Source: Blastocatellia bacterium
GTDB lineage: Bacteria > Acidobacteriota > Blastocatellia > UBA7656
Length of the DNA stretch: 35,620 nt
Assembly (NCBI GenBank): GCA_017883315.1
Contig: JADGNW010000426.1
Location: 1-35,620 of the forward strand
Direction of reading: 5' to 3'
Part shown: piece after piece, positions 34,270 to 35,620 of the stretch
How the letters are laid out: every line of letters begins with the position of its first letter
Position numbering within the stretch: the stretch's first letter is position 1
Position numbers and translations under genes: made by a program
Notes under the pieces: generated by a model
The model's database searches: none
What the model saw: only the letters and a program-made list of their open reading frames with translations
What the model was told of the DNA's origin: nothing

Positions 34270-34512
34270 TTCACCCTCCGTCAGGAAGGCCATGTCTATA
34301 AACTGTCAACGCAGAAACGAAATCACCCTCCGTCAGGAGGGCAATGCTTATAGACGCCAGACCGAACGAGACCGCCCTCCGTCAGGAGGGCAACGTCGAT
34401 CAGTGATGGCTAAGATGCCGAAGGTCAACATAGCCCTCCTGGCGCGGGGCGGGACGTCTCGCGCGCATTGCTGTAAACATAGTCCTCCTGACGGAGGACG
34501 GACGTCTCGCAG
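34270..34512. repeat. Cluster of five REP-like (repetitive extragenic palindrome) mini-hairpin repeats, 3 direct plus 2 inverted, with a period of about 48-58 nt
   Basis: Copies at about 34270, 34322 and 34370 have the form (T/C)CACCCTCCGTCAGGAGGGCAATG-like, with a CCCTCC/GGAGGG stem. Opposite-orientation copies at about 34428 and 34477 read ACATAG(C/T)CCTCCTG...GGACGTCTCGC. Confidence 0.7.
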
Positions 34513-34704
34513 GCAGCTGGTGATTGTTTACGACAACAAGACACGGATTATTTCATGTACCGTTTGAACCAATCGATGATTCGCTTGTCGCTGTCAGCAG
34601 CTTGAAAGTAAGGGTTGAGCAATCTAACGACCGGGTTCACCGGGCTAGGCGCGACGGGCATTGATGAAACCAAGAGCCTCTGTTGCGCGGCTCCGGTGCC
34701 ACCG

Positions 34705-35238
34705 CTAGTTCGCCGCGTCTTGGCCGCCCACCGACGGCCACGCTGCCGCCGGTCGTCCGAACCAGACCCACGCAATGTAGTCAACCGCCGGCGGTGTGCC
34801 CCCGACCTCGCGCAGCCGCGCGTTCACCTGGCCTCGGTGGTAGAGGCTGTGCAGCGCCACCTGCAGCACCGTCTCGCCCAGCGTCGTCGTCGCTGGCGCG
34901 CGGCCCAGCATCTGCTCCACCATCTGCGCCCACGCCACCGGCATCGCCTCCCGCGCAGCGGCATCCGTCAGCGCCTCGACATATGCCAGCGCGTCACCGT
35001 AGTAAGAGCGCGCCCAATCTATCAGCGCGTGCGCGTCCTCGAAGCGAGGGTATGGCGCGTCGCGCGGCTCCCCGCGCCACGTGCGGAGGAAGGCTCGCTG
35101 CACGACGTGCAAGTGATAGAGCGAGTCTCGCAGCTTCGCGTCCTCCCGCCCCTGATCACAGTCGAGCACGGCGGCCCACACCGAAGCATCGGCCCATTCC
35201 ATATGGCGGTAGAGATCGGTGAGCAGGTGTACGTTCAT
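34705..35238 (-). CDS. DinB/YfiT-like metal-dependent four-helix-bundle protein
   Basis: From ATG 35238: MNVHLLTDLYRHMEWADASVWAAVL..., LYHLHVVQRAFL and LHSLYHRGQV, matching the His-triad pattern of the DinB superfamily. G+C is markedly higher than in neighbouring genes. Confidence 0.8.
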   Translation of the reverse strand: MNVHLLTDLYRHMEWADASVWAAVLDCDQGREDAKLRDSLYHLHVVQRAFLRTWRGEPRDAPYPRFEDAHALIDWARSYYGDALAYVEALTDAAAREAMPVAWAQMVEQMLGRAPATTTLGETVLQVALHSLYHRGQVNARLREVGGTPPAVDYIAWVWFGRPAAAWPSVGGQDAAN

Positions 35239-35313
35239 CGCGGCTGTCTTCCCAGACGAAAGTAGTATTGTTCGTGCCGCATGTACTACTGCAAGCACCC
35301 GAACGTTTGAGTT

Positions 35314-35339
35314 CAGCGGACGCCGAAGGCCGTCCGCTG
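35314..35339 (-). terminator. 9-bp perfect stem-loop (CAGCGGACG / CGTCCGCTG) between the edge ORF and the DinB gene; weak terminator candidate
   Basis: The stem is at 35314-35322 and 35331-35339, with an 8-nt loop. No clear U-tract follows. Confidence 0.3.
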
Positions 35340-35422
35340 CAACGAAGGGTTAGAACTCTCTCCCTCAAGTACCGTGCACTCGAAGGCTAGAGCTTGCACA
35401 GATGGCGCTATTGCGGCAGAGG

Positions 35423-35620
35423 TCATCTTTCGTGTATCCGCGGAACGATTCGCATGAGCGAACCGAAGATGGCGCAGAGAGAAAGACCAACCTGTATTGA
35501 GTTGGGTATTGGGCTGCTTCGCGTGCTGTGTAGGTACAGGGCAATCAGACATGCGGCAATGAAAATCGGAGAAATCAGCATCTGCGATTGCGGCTTGACT
35601 GGGGTTGAGCTCGGCTGAAC
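35423..35620 (-). CDS. Possible C-terminal end of a membrane protein entering from the right edge (or a 52-aa two-TM peptide from ATG 35581)
   Basis: Own translation: ...KPQSQMLISPIFIAACLIALYLHSTRSSPIPNSIQVGLSLCAIFGSLMRIVPRIHER*. The frame is stop-free from the edge to TGA 35425-35423. It is not in the ORF track because it is edge-truncated. Confidence 0.3.
   Translation of the reverse strand, partial: VQPSSTPVKPQSQMLISPIFIAACLIALYLHSTRSSPIPNSIQVGLSLCAIFGSLMRIVPRIHER

Noticed and set aside
34270-34512. A possible small CRISPR array, suggested by regularly spaced repeats with a period of about 50 nt.
   Set aside because: There are only three direct copies, and they are degenerate. Two further copies are in inverted orientation. 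The 'spacers' are only about 15-25 nt. No cas genes are in the window. The repeat core is a simple 6-bp hairpin typical of REP elements.
34615-35265. Plus-strand ORFs of 216 aa and 179 aa opposite the DinB gene.
   Set aside because: These are Arg/Pro/Ala-rich translations typical of stop-poor frames in ~70% GC DNA. The minus-strand frame carries the recognisable DinB His-motif pattern.

Overview
A 35.6-kb chromosomal window from a moderately GC-rich Gram-negative bacterium. By eye it is mid/upper-50s % G+C. The gene style (many TPR proteins, lipoproteins, sulfatase/FGE) suggests a soil Acidobacteria-like organism, but that is inference only, since no database search was possible. I support about 30 protein genes. 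These are an edge-truncated lipoprotein missing from the ORF track; a TPR protein translationally coupled to a helical secreted protein; a VapBC pair; a GAF-PAS-GGDEF-EAL protein; a ChlI/ChlD chelatase operon; a MerR regulator with a secreted His/Cys-rich protein; a membrane-anchored Mo-oxidoreductase; a CHAD protein; two MacB/FtsX-type permeases; a PQQ-like beta-propeller; an arylsulfatase with its FGE maturase; thiS-thiG, rnhB, a 1075-aa TPR protein and thiE-thiD; and a DinB-family gene. I found no rRNA, tRNA, CRISPR array, transposase or recognisable riboswitch. Four things stand out. (1) In the chelatase operon a second PIN toxin/antitoxin pair sits exactly where the N-terminal half of the CobN/BchH-type large subunit should be, leaving only a tightly packed 583-aa C-terminal half. 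(2) A 93-nt palindromic element lies in frame inside chlD, resembling the in-frame insertions of Rickettsia palindromic elements (RPEs). (3) Long hairpin and palindromic non-coding elements are unusually dense, and several fill intercistronic gaps almost exactly. They include a 19-copy heptanucleotide array in a divergent promoter region, a 195-nt nested palindrome between thiE and thiD, and a cluster of REP-like (repetitive extragenic palindrome) mini-hairpins next to a GC-anomalous DinB gene. (4) One permease gene carries an in-frame TGA at a conserved Ser codon. All functional calls rest on motif recognition in the translated ORFs and on my own reading of the DNA. None was verified by search.
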